64,000 bases of DNA from Botryllus schlosseri (taxonomy: Eukaryota), in NCBI GenBank assembly GCA_051294905.1, contig CM119371.1:1490001-1554000 (forward strand), in the 5' to 3' direction. The notes under the pieces were generated by a model, which was not told the DNA's origin, made no database searches, and saw only the letters and a program-made list of their open reading frames with translations. How positions within the stretch are numbered: position 1 is the stretch's first letter; each line of letters opens with the position of its first letter. This document shows positions 1 to 11,820 of this stretch, piece by piece. The position numbers and the translations under genes were made by a program.

Positions 1-800
1 AAAGGATGACTTTGTCGGTACATTCAATCACGATGAATTCTATCCGGTTTTGTTCGATCTCATGCGGTAGCTTCGTTCTATCCATTAGAAAACAATGTTC
101 TCCCTTCGTTTTATTGCGTGAGGATGTCACCGGTGTTGTATATTCGTGTTGTTGCTCTAAGGTCGAATAGTTTTGTTTTCCTCTGATATATATGATCTTC
201 ATTATATATATATTCTCTCTTTCGGTAATCTCGCATGTTCAACGAGAATGGTTAATAGTTTTATTCAGAGAATAACTAAATAAAAGTGATATGTTGTACG
301 TTTAGGAATATGATTATCGATGCGTGACTTCTAGAATATTTCGGCGATTCAAATTTTACGTCATCGCGCCATACAAAGATTTGACACGCAACAGGTCGCA
401 GCCAGGCATAGTTCGCTCTTTCTGTATGGTAAATGCCGTAAATATATAGGAATTGTGACTGACTGAGGTAGCGGGTTAAAGGTATATATGCAGTAGCATA
501 TAGCTTATGGGGTATTTCGAATTGCCTGTAGTATATGACGCCTAGAGCTGTTTGACTTTCTGCAAAACAGGTGTAGACAACTATAGAAAAGTTTCAGCTT
601 TTCCAGGTTAGAATTAGAGCTAAACCGTTTTTCCGAATTAGATTACAATTATATTGCTGGCATTTCGCTCTAATTTAGTGAAATTAGACCACTATAATTC
701 GCTTCAAACATCTGAATTACCGGTAACTATACCTACGGTATATCATAATATTTATGCTTGAATTTTCTAGGTATATAAGTCATATAGATACATTCCTGTA

Positions 801-1149
801 GAACACTGATTCATGATTTTATAAAAGTTGGTGCAAGAATGGACATTTTCAACTTGATGTTGATTAATGGAGCAAAATTTGATATTTGAGTGCAATTATA
901 CCTCGAATCCAGTGACAAGATTATTAATCGTTGAAACCAAACGCAGCTTGATTATGTTGGCCCAGAGAATTTGGCTAGCCAGACCATATTGATGGAATAT
1001 GGTCACAGTAAGATAATATTTTGGGCTATTTTACATGAACTTTCCAACATTTGATTTGATATGTCCACTAAAACAGTTGTTATTCTGCTTTCGAACAAGA
1101 CCTTAATTGCTGGTTTCAATGGTAACTGTGTTTGTCAAAGGCTGCAAAG
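801..1149 (+). pseudogene. Decayed protein kinase exon (AGC-like)
   Basis: cctgtag / gtaatt. Across frames: LIH..IK, KNGHFQL.D, T.DYVGPENL.S....EYG....WA, i.e. subdomains VIb-IX with stops. Confidence 0.45.
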
Positions 1150-1172
1150 GTAATTTCTTTTCCATGTTAGAT

Positions 1173-2344
1173 GTTTATTTGTTTGTTTGTGGTGTTCATG
1201 GTGGTGGTTCGACTACACTGGTCATTTTACACCAGGCCGGTTCTTATTATTATTATTCCGTATCTGCCCGATTACCAGTGAACTCGGCACTTGGTGAATT
1301 CGGCCGCACAAACTCGGCACTTGGTGAATTCGGCCGTGGTAGATCTCGTAGCGGTACCGGTCACCATGATTGGTTACTGGAATGTTTGCCGGTGAACTTG
1401 GCACTTTGAGTGGTTGTCAATGTTGTACGGGGGTCAGGGCATGCGTAGATCACACAGTCACGGCGTGATTAGATCACAGATTGCGTAATTGCGGGAAATA
1501 ACGCGACGCTCTTCACTTGGTGAACTCGGCCCTTGGAGGAATTGGCACTAGAACACCTTCGCATTAGAAATGCATTTAGTATGAATGAACAGTATCAAAA
1601 AGGAAATTTAAACGTGTCGTGGCTCGTGGTAGATCTCGTAATCTTGGGATCCTTCAACCGTGTTATCGAGACACCTTAATCCCAGAGTGGAATCGTCTCT
1701 CCAAAGGCAAAAAATAATTTATTTTGACGTGATCATGCGAAACATTTGTTGATGAGGAACACTGGCTTGTCGTGATCGATAAACGAAGAAGCGCCGCTTG
1801 ATGTTCCACAGTTTTGATCTCACGTACAACGCCAAGATCCATCTTCTCAAAACTTACACGACACAGGCCCGTGACTCATGCCATCGATTCCAAGCAGACC
1901 GCGCGTGGTCGGTATATGAGCGCTGTGTTATTTCCCGTGGCTACGCAATCCGTGATCACGCCGTGACTGCGCGATCTACGGATGCCCTGACCTCCTTACA
2001 AGATTGACGAATCACTTGATAATACTATTATTAGTTTGATAATTCATATTAATAGCTGTAAATACACTTCATTTCAAAATTTCCCGAGGGCCGAATTCAC
2101 CAAGTGCCGAGTTTGTGCGGCCGAATTCACCAAGTACCGGGTGCATCGGCAACCATCTGCCCACTTACAGCACGACCCACTCCTAGGCTTTTTAAGACAT
2201 GGCTATGCGAATCAGATGGCGAGGAGGAGCCTAGATAAACGGCCAACACTTCGGTAGGAATTATGGAGTCGACGTGTCACGCTCGAACCCGCAATTCATT
2301 GGTGTTTAGCTATAATGGAACGTACCACTACGTTTCCTCGCCAT
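1173..2344 (-). mobile_element. SINE family copy split by a foldback element
   Basis: 3' part at 1173-1269 and 5' part at 2155-2344 match the SINE consensus. Confidence 0.75.
1270..2154. mobile_element. Foldback/MITE-like DNA element with tandem subterminal repeats
   Basis: 8-bp TSD atctgccc (1262-1269 / 2155-2162). Repeated aactcggcacttggtgaattcggcc units are inverted at both ends. Second inverted pair at 1432-1511 / 1918-1992. Confidence 0.82.
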
Positions 2345-2779
2345 ACCTCGTAAAATGAGACCGTAGCATTTGGCATTTCATGTGGCAATTGACTTTTGTG
2401 TGGAAAAATGTGTTCGTTTTAGAACTTATCCGAAACTTTTATTCCGCCATAGATTGTATATGATAAAACGATATCGGAATTGATCCTAGGAGAATTCCAA
2501 AGCAACTCACCACAAAGGAGGATTTAAAGAAGTTTGATGGAAAATTGAATGAAAGCAAAAGCAAGAGATGTGGTATGTTGAATCTGTTTTGGTACTTTTA
2601 AATAGGCCTACTTTGTTGTGCCGATAGCAGACGGTATATATAAACGTAAGATGTGGAAGCTATCAAGGTGTTTTTAGAAATTCAGTCAGTCAAAGTGGAC
2701 GATCGTATTGCTTGGATTATATTTAGGCTTATTTTAGCATCTTTGAGATGCAACTCTAAACGTGGACGGTCATGAACAG

Positions 2780-3445
2780 TAGGGCTCTTCAAAAATGACT
2801 TTTTTTCTCAAATCGTACTGGCTACTTGATAAAATTGTTAGGTTACCTAATTTAAGCCTACAAACAAAATATGGTTCAAATCCAGCCAGTATCCGCTTTG
2901 CTACAAGAGAAGAAAGTTCCTATTTATTATATAAAAATGAATAATAAAAAATTTGAAGATTTTCTGTTCACCCCATGAAAGTGTTAGGCTGTCTATAGAA
3001 ACGATGCTCACCAAATTTGGTTCAATTCCAACCAGTGGAAGCGGAGTTATTGCTGTCGAAAAATTTGGATTTTAATAAAATAGTACTTACGGTGAGCACA
3101 ACTTTAATAAGTAAACAAAGAATCGGTCACAGTAAATACTATTTTATTCAAATCCAAATTTTTCGACGGCTATATCTCCGCTTCCACTGGTTGGAATTGA
3201 ACCAAATTTGGTGAGCATCGTTTCTATAGACAGCCTAACACTTTCATGGGGTGAACAGAAAATTTTCAAATTTTTATTACCTATTCATTTTTATATAATA
3301 AATAGAAACTTTCTTCTCCTGTAGCAAAGCGGTTACTGGCTGGAATTGAACCAAATTTTGTGTTTAGGCTTAAATTAGGTAACCTAACAATTTTATCAAG
3401 TAGCCAGAACGATTTGAGAAAAAAAGTCATATTTTAAGAGCCCTA
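2780..3445. mobile_element. Palindromic TAGGG-terminated MITE (hAT-like)
   Basis: ~310-bp inverted arms with tagggctctt...aagagcccta termini and a degenerate 8-bp TSD atgaacag/atgtccat. Related copies or half-copies at ~7115-7400, 16695-17140, 19789-20273, 49065-49354, 53260-54055 and 58745-59102. Confidence 0.85.
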
Positions 3446-4884
3446 ATGTCCATGTCAGGGAAACGTTTTAGGGTAGGCCTACTCATATGTCTCGCAGCGT
3501 TCTCTACATAATTGTCAATTGCGATACAAACTGTTTGCTTGTATTGGTAAAGCCATCCAACTTCGAATTGTAAAATGTTGGGAGTCTTGATATCAAATTT
3601 TTGAAAGGTGCACTTTGAGAAGATTTCGGAATCAGTCAAATTATACAAAAATTTAGCAAATTCTTTGACATATTTCATCTATTTGGGACTCGATCAACGT
3701 AAAAGAATTGGTAATCATTTTATACAATATATTGTATTTGTAGTTGAAGTATAGTAATAATTCTTATGGTTACCGCACTTGTAACGATTCACGGCCATAA
3801 CTGGAATAATTAGAATGATGTAACTTTCAAATTGTCATGCATTTTGCAACAACATTGTTCTCAATTTTCAAGGTGCTGACCATTCGAGGAAGAATCACCC
3901 ACCGGGAATTCACGATCCGTAAACGCGGCCGACTGTTTCTCTCCTCAAGCGGAAGCGACAGAGAAGAGGAACGAAGAGAAAAAAGGAGCAGAAATAGCAA
4001 GAGTGTGACAAGTCGCGTCCGTTCGCTTTAATGCGTATTTCAATCCGCGAAGTAGTAGGTGGGAAAACTAATGGGCGTTTGGTTAGCGCTTATATAAGGT
4101 TGACTCCAGCGCTGTATTTGCTAAATGTTGCTATGAAATAGGGGTGGTGTCATTTGGTATCAATATTGACTATTGAAAGACCATTTGTTAGTGGTCATGG
4201 ATTTGTTCGGCCAGTATGCAGTAATTTCTGATGGTCACTTCCCGGGCTTCTGTTCTCTAACCCCTCATGATTGTTATTCTGCTTCTAGTAAGACTGTCGA
4301 TTCTAATGTTTTATCGTATCATTTGTCGGAGGTTTCGCTCGCTTTATTTACAACGTTTTGCTCTCTGCTAGGTCAATTACTGGCTGAGTATCACTACAGC
4401 CTAAGAAACTGCACTAATTCTCATTTTAATGTCTTGCTGGTTATCTTGCTGTCAATTCTAATAATTTATTAATGTCTATACCAGTGCCGCCACTCAAATG
4501 TTTTGTTCTCTGTACACAATATTATTAGGTCTTCAGCTTTCCATGCAGAGTATCATTACACTTTCTAGACTTGAGTATATATCTCTCCAACTAGCTGCCA
4601 AATAACTGATTCATTTGGATTGTTGAATTGATCATTTTGGACAGAATGTGAAGAAATTTTAGTCAAGAATTCTTTTTGTGGTAGTGGCTGTTTTCAAAGA
4701 GTGCTGAAGTAGTCATCGTTGATCTTGATAATCAAGTAGAAGTGACGATTGAAGTCAGTTCTCTAGTCATATAATATTAAAAAATATAATAATAAAACTT
4801 GAAAACTTGAGTGGAAATAGTTCAGAATCGAATCCATTTTAGTAAGTATGGGCGAAATAAATGTAGGAGTCATTCGTTAGTCGC

Positions 4885-5770
4885 TACCTCTGCCATTTTC
4901 GCAGTACGAATGTCTTAGCTATCAATCATCATTTTCATTTTATTTCTGCAGGGTGTTGAAAAGAAAAGGCCGCATGCTGGTTATTTAACTGGCTCATCAG
5001 AAGATGAAACCTGATGATAAGGACTGTTTTCACTTTCTTTCTGAAAACACTCGTTCGTTTGTTCGTTTTATTTTTTACAACGGCATTATTGCCAATTCGT
5101 TTGAAATTAAATTACATCACAAATCACAAATGTGATTAATATGTAGTAAATAATGTGGTGTGTGTACGCAGCCGTGATCAGGTTAAGCCCATAGTGGTAG
5201 AAAACAGGTTATTATATCAGGATCTTCTTCTTCTAACGTAGGATCTACATTCTACTCACCATGTTTAAAGGCTGTAGCATCTGCATAATATTTACATTAT
5301 TGAAGGACATGGAAAAGACGTTGAATTGAGTCGACACAAAATCCCCCTTTCTACGACCTGCCAAGATCTAATATCTACTACATCGGCTCGGCTTTTCTAC
5401 ATCTTTGGTCTGTACTGTGTTTGCTGGGATGTCACACCGCAATTGCAGGATGTGGTGTAGGTAAAATATTTTTGTGTCGGGTACAGTTCACAGCACGATT
5501 AACGTAAAATCCCGTTTAAACTGGATGACACATTTCTTATCACCTTGTCAGGTCTTCTGAGATAACTGAAATCCCACAAACCTGTCAGGTATCGCTGTGG
5601 TTTGCCATCTTTTTTCCTGAGTGACTGAATCTTTCCAAGATATCCTCTTGAAATGAAGTGTGTTGGGATCCGATTTAGTATCGGAATCATTTGAGAAGTC
5701 ACTTTCAATTTCTTGCTTCCGTTCTGTGAGAAATTTCGCTGCATACTGTTGTTTGATTTCATGAGCTATC
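4885..5770 (-). pseudogene. Possible degenerate C-terminal exons of the RBM28-like copy
   Basis: Exon-like blocks 5260-5770 (gtgagt donor) and 4885-5040 (ttttcag acceptor, ending ..RKWQR*) lie downstream of the RRM4 exon. Similarity is weak. Confidence 0.35.
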
Positions 5771-6377
5771 ATAGAAAAAAGGAATTGGTTGATATGACCG
5801 AGAAATACAGCCCTTGTATCATGGTGTCTTGATATAAATATATATATATATTCAGAAGTGGCATGTAGGCTAATAGAGATGTCAATAGTTTAGAGCAGTG
5901 GTTCTCACAGCTTTTAGAGCGCGCTCAAATTTTGTGTTATTTTACATCTCGCAACCCAAGCCTCGCACATCGTAAAAATGCATTTCTGACACAAGTAAGC
6001 CTATGCAGCGCTTTACGAGCATGTATCAATTAGAGAAGGTGCAGACAAAAAGCCGATCAATATCAAAGTTCCTATACTTTCCCAGAGTACTCAAGTAGAT
6101 TTTGACTACTTCCACTTCTGTTTAACCAGACAGAACCACTTGCTTTTTCGACTTTTGATTTTGTAAACTAGAAAGTCGTTTTGTGATAGATTCCAATCAT
6201 TTTAGGTATAAATTGACATAACGTTAAAGTAGCGTCTGTATCAAGGTCATTAAATATATTTTTAAAAACGGTACCAATTATTAAAATATTTCATGACCCA
6301 TTTCCGATTCAGTAATTTGCATTATCATGTCTGCCAATTAGCAACAAGCCAAAGTACACAGCGACATGCAATTTAGT

Positions 6378-6551
6378 TAGTACATTGAACGCTTTTGTAT
6401 TCGACATTTCGTGCTGGTGACATCATATTTTGTGCTACAATTGTTGACATGCAATGTTCTTTTGAATTCTCTACCTGTTGCTGACGATTACCCCTGACGA
6501 GTGTAAGCCGAGAATATTCGGGTTCATTTCAATATAAATATACTATTCAAT
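6378..6551 (+). mobile_element. Short PLE 3'-end fragment with a degenerate hammerhead (6490-6523, GAAA>GAGA)
   Basis: Matches 57422-57594. Flanks tagttagtacattg / tagttagtaaattg resemble a TSD. Confidence 0.85.
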
Positions 6552-6798
6552 AGTTAGTAAATTGTACATCTTTAAAGGTCCTAGTTCTACTTCTAGTTTG
6601 GCATCTCAAAAATCATGTGGTTACAAAAGTTTGATCATTTATATTATTTCAAGACGTGGTTATAGTTTATGCCTCATTGGCTGAATGATGATCAATTGCT
6701 GTCAAGGAGGAGGAATGGCAGCAGAAAATTGCACAGATACTGATGAAGGTTTATGTAAAATGTAAGATCACAAATATCAACATCACTTGAAGTTTTAC

Positions 6799-7038
6799 CT
6801 GTTTTCCAGTGACAGACAATTCAACCATTGGCCTGTGATTGATCCTAAAATGTCGGTATTGATTTTGAAACTTCTCAAATCTTCCTAAGCGTGTTCGACA
6901 CTCTGCGCTGGAAGTTAATGAATGCGCATCAGATGTATCTTCTAACTCCATGTAGTTGAAATTCTTCAGATCTTGCTTCAGTAAGGATTCCGTTATAACT
7001 AGACCACGTCGATCTTTGTATTGGAACAGGAGAAGCTC
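6799..7038 (-). pseudogene. RBM28: RBM28/Nop4-like exon (RRM4), frameshifted
   Basis: AG/GT-bounded. Across frames it reads ELLL..GLVITE..QDLK..CAFINF..EHA*..LR....DILG..RPMVELSV, comparable to RBM28 RRM4 (KLLL..RIKECRVMRDLK..GYAFAEF.EHEHALKALR..NPEIFG..RPIVEFSL, recalled from memory). Confidence 0.75.
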
Positions 7039-7666
7039 CTGAAAACATGTCATCAGTTTATCGAAACACTCATAGAGTAAACGTGTTAGCTAAAAGCAAA
7101 GAAAAGCTATACATTAGGTCTGTTCAAAAATAACTTTTTTTCCGGATTCCAGCCATTGACTGACTAAATGTTACCCTAAAAAACGCTGCACACCAAATTT
7201 GGTTCAATTCTAACAAGTAAAAGCATCAGCAGATCCGATTAAAATTTTTAATTTATTAGGAAAAATTGAAATAAAAAAATCAAATTTTTCTGTCGACCTC
7301 ATAAAATTTTTGGGTTGTCTACAAAGACGATGCAAAACAAATTTGACTCAATTCCAACCAGTAGAAGCGGAGTTATTTGAGTTTTTCATTGCTAAATCTC
7401 GGATTATCCTTGAATTGTGTAGATTAAACTATAATCTCAATTTGAAAAAAGTCGAGTATAATTCTGAATCTATCATAATTTGTAAAAAATATGTAGCTTT
7501 CAGCTATAATTCTATTTCCAATCTAATTTGGATAAGTTGAAAATGATATAATTGTCCAACTCTAGCTGAGAGAACCCCTGGTCGGACTGTGTGAACCCCG
7601 GTTTGGAACCACTACTTCAAGATAGCCAAATTAGAAAGCATGCTAATAGTTGTGATTCGGACATAC

Positions 7667-7809
7667 CTTCAACTTTTTGACACTTCTAGGAAGATTGTCA
7701 GCACAAAGTCGTGTTTCAGTCTGAATTTTCAGTTTGACCAGTTTTGCATTTTCAATCGTCACACGTTTGTTCCATTCTATTGCGTTGAGACATTCAGTGG
7801 CTTGCGTTC
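7667..7809 (-). pseudogene. RBM28: RBM28-like exon (RRM3-RRM4 linker and start of RRM4)
   Basis: GTQATECLNAIEWNKRVTIENAKLVKLK..TRLCADNLPRSV vs RBM28 GTKAAEGVS..KR..E..K..KLK..TRLCLHNLPKAV. tag acceptor and gtatgt donor. Confidence 0.8.
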
Positions 7810-8183
7810 CTACACAAAATCACAGGTCGTCATACGGTCAGCACTGCAATAACCATAGGTGGCTACTTTCAAAATAGCTTCACGCAGGGTTGTTATGACT
7901 CGATTTTATGGTGAATCGACATGACTCTTGAAAGTCATATTTTCAAATGACTCGACTTGAGTCAATTTTTGTAAGACTCGAATGACTTTAACCAAGTCGC
8001 ATGACTCAAGACTGGGACGGCCAAGACAGAAATTTCATTGTAACCTCGAAGAATAGTGAAGTCACCACATTCACCACAAAACTAAACAGTGAACACAATT
8101 ACTGTGCTTCCATGCAGCGCCGATGGACGACCAAAATGCCATGACGCATGATTGTACATGTCGGCCGTGTTTCCATGACCAGG

Positions 8184-9150
8184 CCTAATCCAACCGTGTC
8201 TTAGCCGAACAAGGCTGACATGTACGTTTTTATCTCACTTATTCACTAATAATTTCACCACATCACAAGATTGCGATAAAATGACTCGATTGGAAGTAGC
8301 CGATACGACTAGAATCGACAATTCAATCAAACAGGCCACTTTGACCTGGAACGTTTATGTAGGCCGAAATTGGACATATAAAAATAGCCCTAGGTATGAG
8401 TTTTGGAAGTTGCAACGCCTTGCATTTAAAGCTCGAAAGCCCGTCTTTTTGAAATGCCAATTCAATCTCCTATATTACCAAGATAATTTGCAGTCCAGTA
8501 GTTCGTATTACATTATCATCAGTTGTTAGTTCATTGTGTTAGAGTGAATGCAGCATCGGATTTTCAGAACAATTTAGTTTAAGATCAGTGATTCTGAAAC
8601 TAGGGGGCGTGAAAGCATCTGACGGGGGGTGCGAAGCTGCAGTCAAATGAAAAAAATAGTCGCACTCTGCGCGGTTTACCTCCACTTCATAATTATTGCT
8701 CTGTGTATAGGTCCAAATTTCATAGTATAGGATTCTCATATCAACAGTCATGATCAGGGCAATTATTTTTTGACATGTCAAAAAAAAAAACTCAAAATTA
8801 GGTCAAAATCGTCGTGTTAGGTCATAATAGTCACAATTTGTTTACAAAGTTATAACTTTTTGCAGCCTGCATTTCGTTCACAATGTAGATTTCGCACTGT
8901 CAGTAAACTTTTCATTTGACATTTTACCGCTTGTTGCCTACTTTATAGGTCTACCGTTGTAGACGGCCCATTGTCTAGTCATTGTGAATAATAAACATTC
9001 AATTGAAACAAATAGGTCGACATGATGGTATGCTCAACGTACCGCAATATCCTAACTTAAGCAAGACTGCGTGGGCATTGCATGGTTCTTATATCAAGAA
9101 GCGTGGTACTACTACACATTTTCATTATTTCTACCATAATGCGTAATGTA
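8184..9150 (+). repeat. Local segmental duplication; paralogue at 14327-15220, partial at 20340-20505
   Basis: Collinear similarity by eye. Confidence 0.85.
8586..9150. mobile_element. hAT (Charlie-like) derivative; copies at ~14720-15220 and ~26880-27200
   Basis: Begins cagtgattct. The minus strand has an STYL..(FS)TM-like and a ..VNEMQA C-terminal remnant. Confidence 0.55.
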
Positions 9151-10109
9151 GCGGTCGCTGCAACGACTTGTTGCAAGACACGCTGGTATAGTGCTTGATT
9201 GGAGTCGACGCCACAGCTTACAGTTCCTGTTGTACGCACTAGTCACTGACTAATGACCGCTCTGAGTACACTTGCAATCCTGATCACACTTGCAATCCTG
9301 ATCACACACGCAGATCCAAGGAGCTTTCTTTACTAGCACAGAACAGCCAAATAGTAGTAATTAGTGGTCAGAAACTTGTAAATTTACCAGGTTCAAATGA
9401 TACTGCGGTTCAATAAGAAATAGAAAGAATAAATGAAGAGAAATGGAGCCAATTGTCTATTCTATGACTGAAGCGCGAGCGCGCCGACCTCAGTATGCGG
9501 GCTCTGAGAACACGTGCGTCGCAGACTAACTGTGCCGTCACAGCTTGTGGTTTCGAGAGTGACCTATTTACGCTTTCGCGCACAACGGAATTGGGACAGT
9601 CATTTACACTCCCCCTTTTAAGGACATTTTTGTGCAACATAAAATGTCTTTACAACTATTTTCGCAAACGTGTAAACAATGTGGCTCCACTTCGGGAAAT
9701 CGGACTACACTGATAACACATACCCAGCAAACACTGGTACAGACCAGGAATGCAGAAAATCCGTTTGTATTAAGGCGTGGCGGGAATGTAAAAATACCCT
9801 GCCTTGTCGACTCGTTTCAGCGTACTTCCAATGGACTGTGGGATGGTGCATAGTCTACCTTTTCAACGTACTTTCAACACTCTGCGAGATTGTCTTTATT
9901 ACGGCGTGGCGAGAATGTAAAAATACCCTCCCTGCCTTGTCGACTCGTTTCTACGTACTTCAAACGCTCTGCATATTGCCTCGATTCAACGTACTTCTAA
10001 CGCTCCGCAAGATTGTCACTACTGCCGGCAAATCTGATTTCGGGAACACACAAATCATAACTTTGAATTACTGTTATTAACAAATTCAAACAAAAAAACA
10101 ACTTTCATT

Positions 10110-10196
10110 TCAGCAAGCTTATTAACACATATCTTCTTCACCTTGATTGTAGTCTGAAGATATGGTGTCTCATTGTTTTCTTTTTTTAACAACCCC
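10110..10196 (-). pseudogene. Possible RBM28-like exon (start of RRM3)
   Basis: SSDYNQG(frameshift)KKICVNKL vs PSDVNEGKTVFIRNL. tttacag acceptor. Confidence 0.45.
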
Positions 10197-10549
10197 CTGT
10201 AAAGATAAGACATAAACACCGATCAGCAAAGGCATTCATTCAGACTCCAGGGCATTGCAATTTTTTGGGGGGGATGGGAGGCAAAAATTTGATGAGGTGA
10301 TACGAGGATATAAAAAAATAGACTAAAAAAACTATGGTCTTGGGCCCGTAACTGGGTAATTAACACAACTTTAACGGTGATCTTTTACCCACAGACATGT
10401 TATGGAAGATCAGTGCTCCTGAGCAAATGAATATTTTAAAGATAATGGTTGAATTTGGTCAAGAATATTGTCAGTTTCACTGATCCGTGGACACTCAATA
10501 GGGTGGGTGGATCAAACAAACTTATCGCAGGGGGCTTCATCCTCTAGAC

Positions 10550-10905
10550 CAGTGGTTCTCAACCTGTGGTACGCGAGTCGATTCTTTTTTTGACCGAAGG
10601 GAGTTATTAGTTCAGATGGGGTTGATTTTGAGTTTTTTGAAGCCGTCGTCATCGTGGGTAGGGACAATCCCACCAATGACGGCCTACAATGGGATTCCGT
10701 TTTAATATATTTGACCACAAGTATTCCAAATGGATCCACTACAGAAATCATACAGCCTACTGCGCCTTAAAATGGGCAGTTTATTTTCTGTTTCGATGTC
10801 GTCGGCAGCTCAACATAGTGGAAAAATTTTTTGACCGCCTTCGGTGCGCGCAACTTATGTAGGTGATACACGAGCACTGCATAAAACCTCGAAATGGTAC
10901 GTGGA
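10550..10905. mobile_element. hAT MITE copy (one TIR lost)
   Basis: Starts cagtggttctcaacc. Reverse complement of both ends of 18613-19641, lacking its ~600-bp internal insert. Confidence 0.8.
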
Positions 10906-11446
10906 CCTTCCATGTCATGATTACTCGAAAGCCCCAAGTCATTGTCATGTAAACACACCGTTTATCTCTTATGCAGTGGCGTTAACCACTAATTTTTCCA
11001 ACTCACAACTGAATTTTGTCAGTAATTGGTAATTGCAACCGCAACCGCAGACATCACACACGTAGATACACAATTCTGTACATCATGCGTATTATTTAGC
11101 CTATTCATTTTTTTCATCAAGAGGCAGGTACTCAACAATAAAAAATACCGAAACTGAATATCGTGAAAAGTGTGAAAATAAATATATCTGATGAAAAATA
11201 CTCCACCTTTTATTAATTTACATAACATTTCAAAAAAAATGGAGAGGGCATGACCACTTTGGCCCTCTCCTGGCCACACCAATAAACAGACTGTGAAGCA
11301 TTTGCTTCCTGGTCTGGTCTAAGGGAATATTCTGGATATAGCTGTGATAGGGTACAGTTTGTCAATAGTAATTGGCCCACCGGACGTTCCCCCACTGTAT
11401 CTACCGATCTTGTTGGAACAATATCTTATTCGTGCTACTATCGTGA

Positions 11447-11820
11447 GTAGTAGTATATAGATCGGTCGCATGACGCAATGGGGTTCTTATGGGCGCGGTG
11501 GCGAATCGCCTGGAAACTCGTGGTGGCGAATCGCCTTTTTAGGCCCCCCTCTCGGCCGCGATTCGCCATGTGTTCTTATGGGCGCGGTCGTGATTCGCAC
11601 TTTCAGGTATAGGCCTGGGCGGTGATTCGCCGCGAAAACTCGTGTTGGTGACTCGCCTTTTTTACTATAGGCGGTGGCGGTGATTCGCCATGTATTCTTA
11701 CGGGATCTGTGGTGACTCGCCATGTGTTCTTATGGGTGCGGTCGCATGCGGCTATTGCGTCTTATGGCGGGGGGTGGCGAGCGGCTATTGCGTCTTATGG
11801 GATCGGTCGGACGCGGCTTC
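11447..11820 (+). repeat. GC-rich tandem array (cttatgggcgcggt..gattcgcc) starting at AGTAGTAGT; possible Polinton/Maverick terminus
   Basis: The repeat units are seen directly. The Polinton call rests only on the AGTAGT terminus and repeat-rich TIR style. Confidence 0.5.

Noticed and set aside
440..479. piggyBac right end (..gcggg|ttaa)
   Set aside because: Only one end is visible, with no matching TIR or transposase in the window.
3427..3678. Exon or small CDS (MKYVKEFAKF..)
   Set aside because: It looks like coding sequence and has an AG before it, but has no convincing donor, partner exon or recognisable domain, and it runs into a MITE.
6700..8280. NACHT/NLR pseudogene (Walker A-like CGE..KT at ~8240, FxH..Q.F.AA-like at ~6740)
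   Set aside because: The motifs need several frameshifts, and the neighbouring exons fit RBM28 much better.
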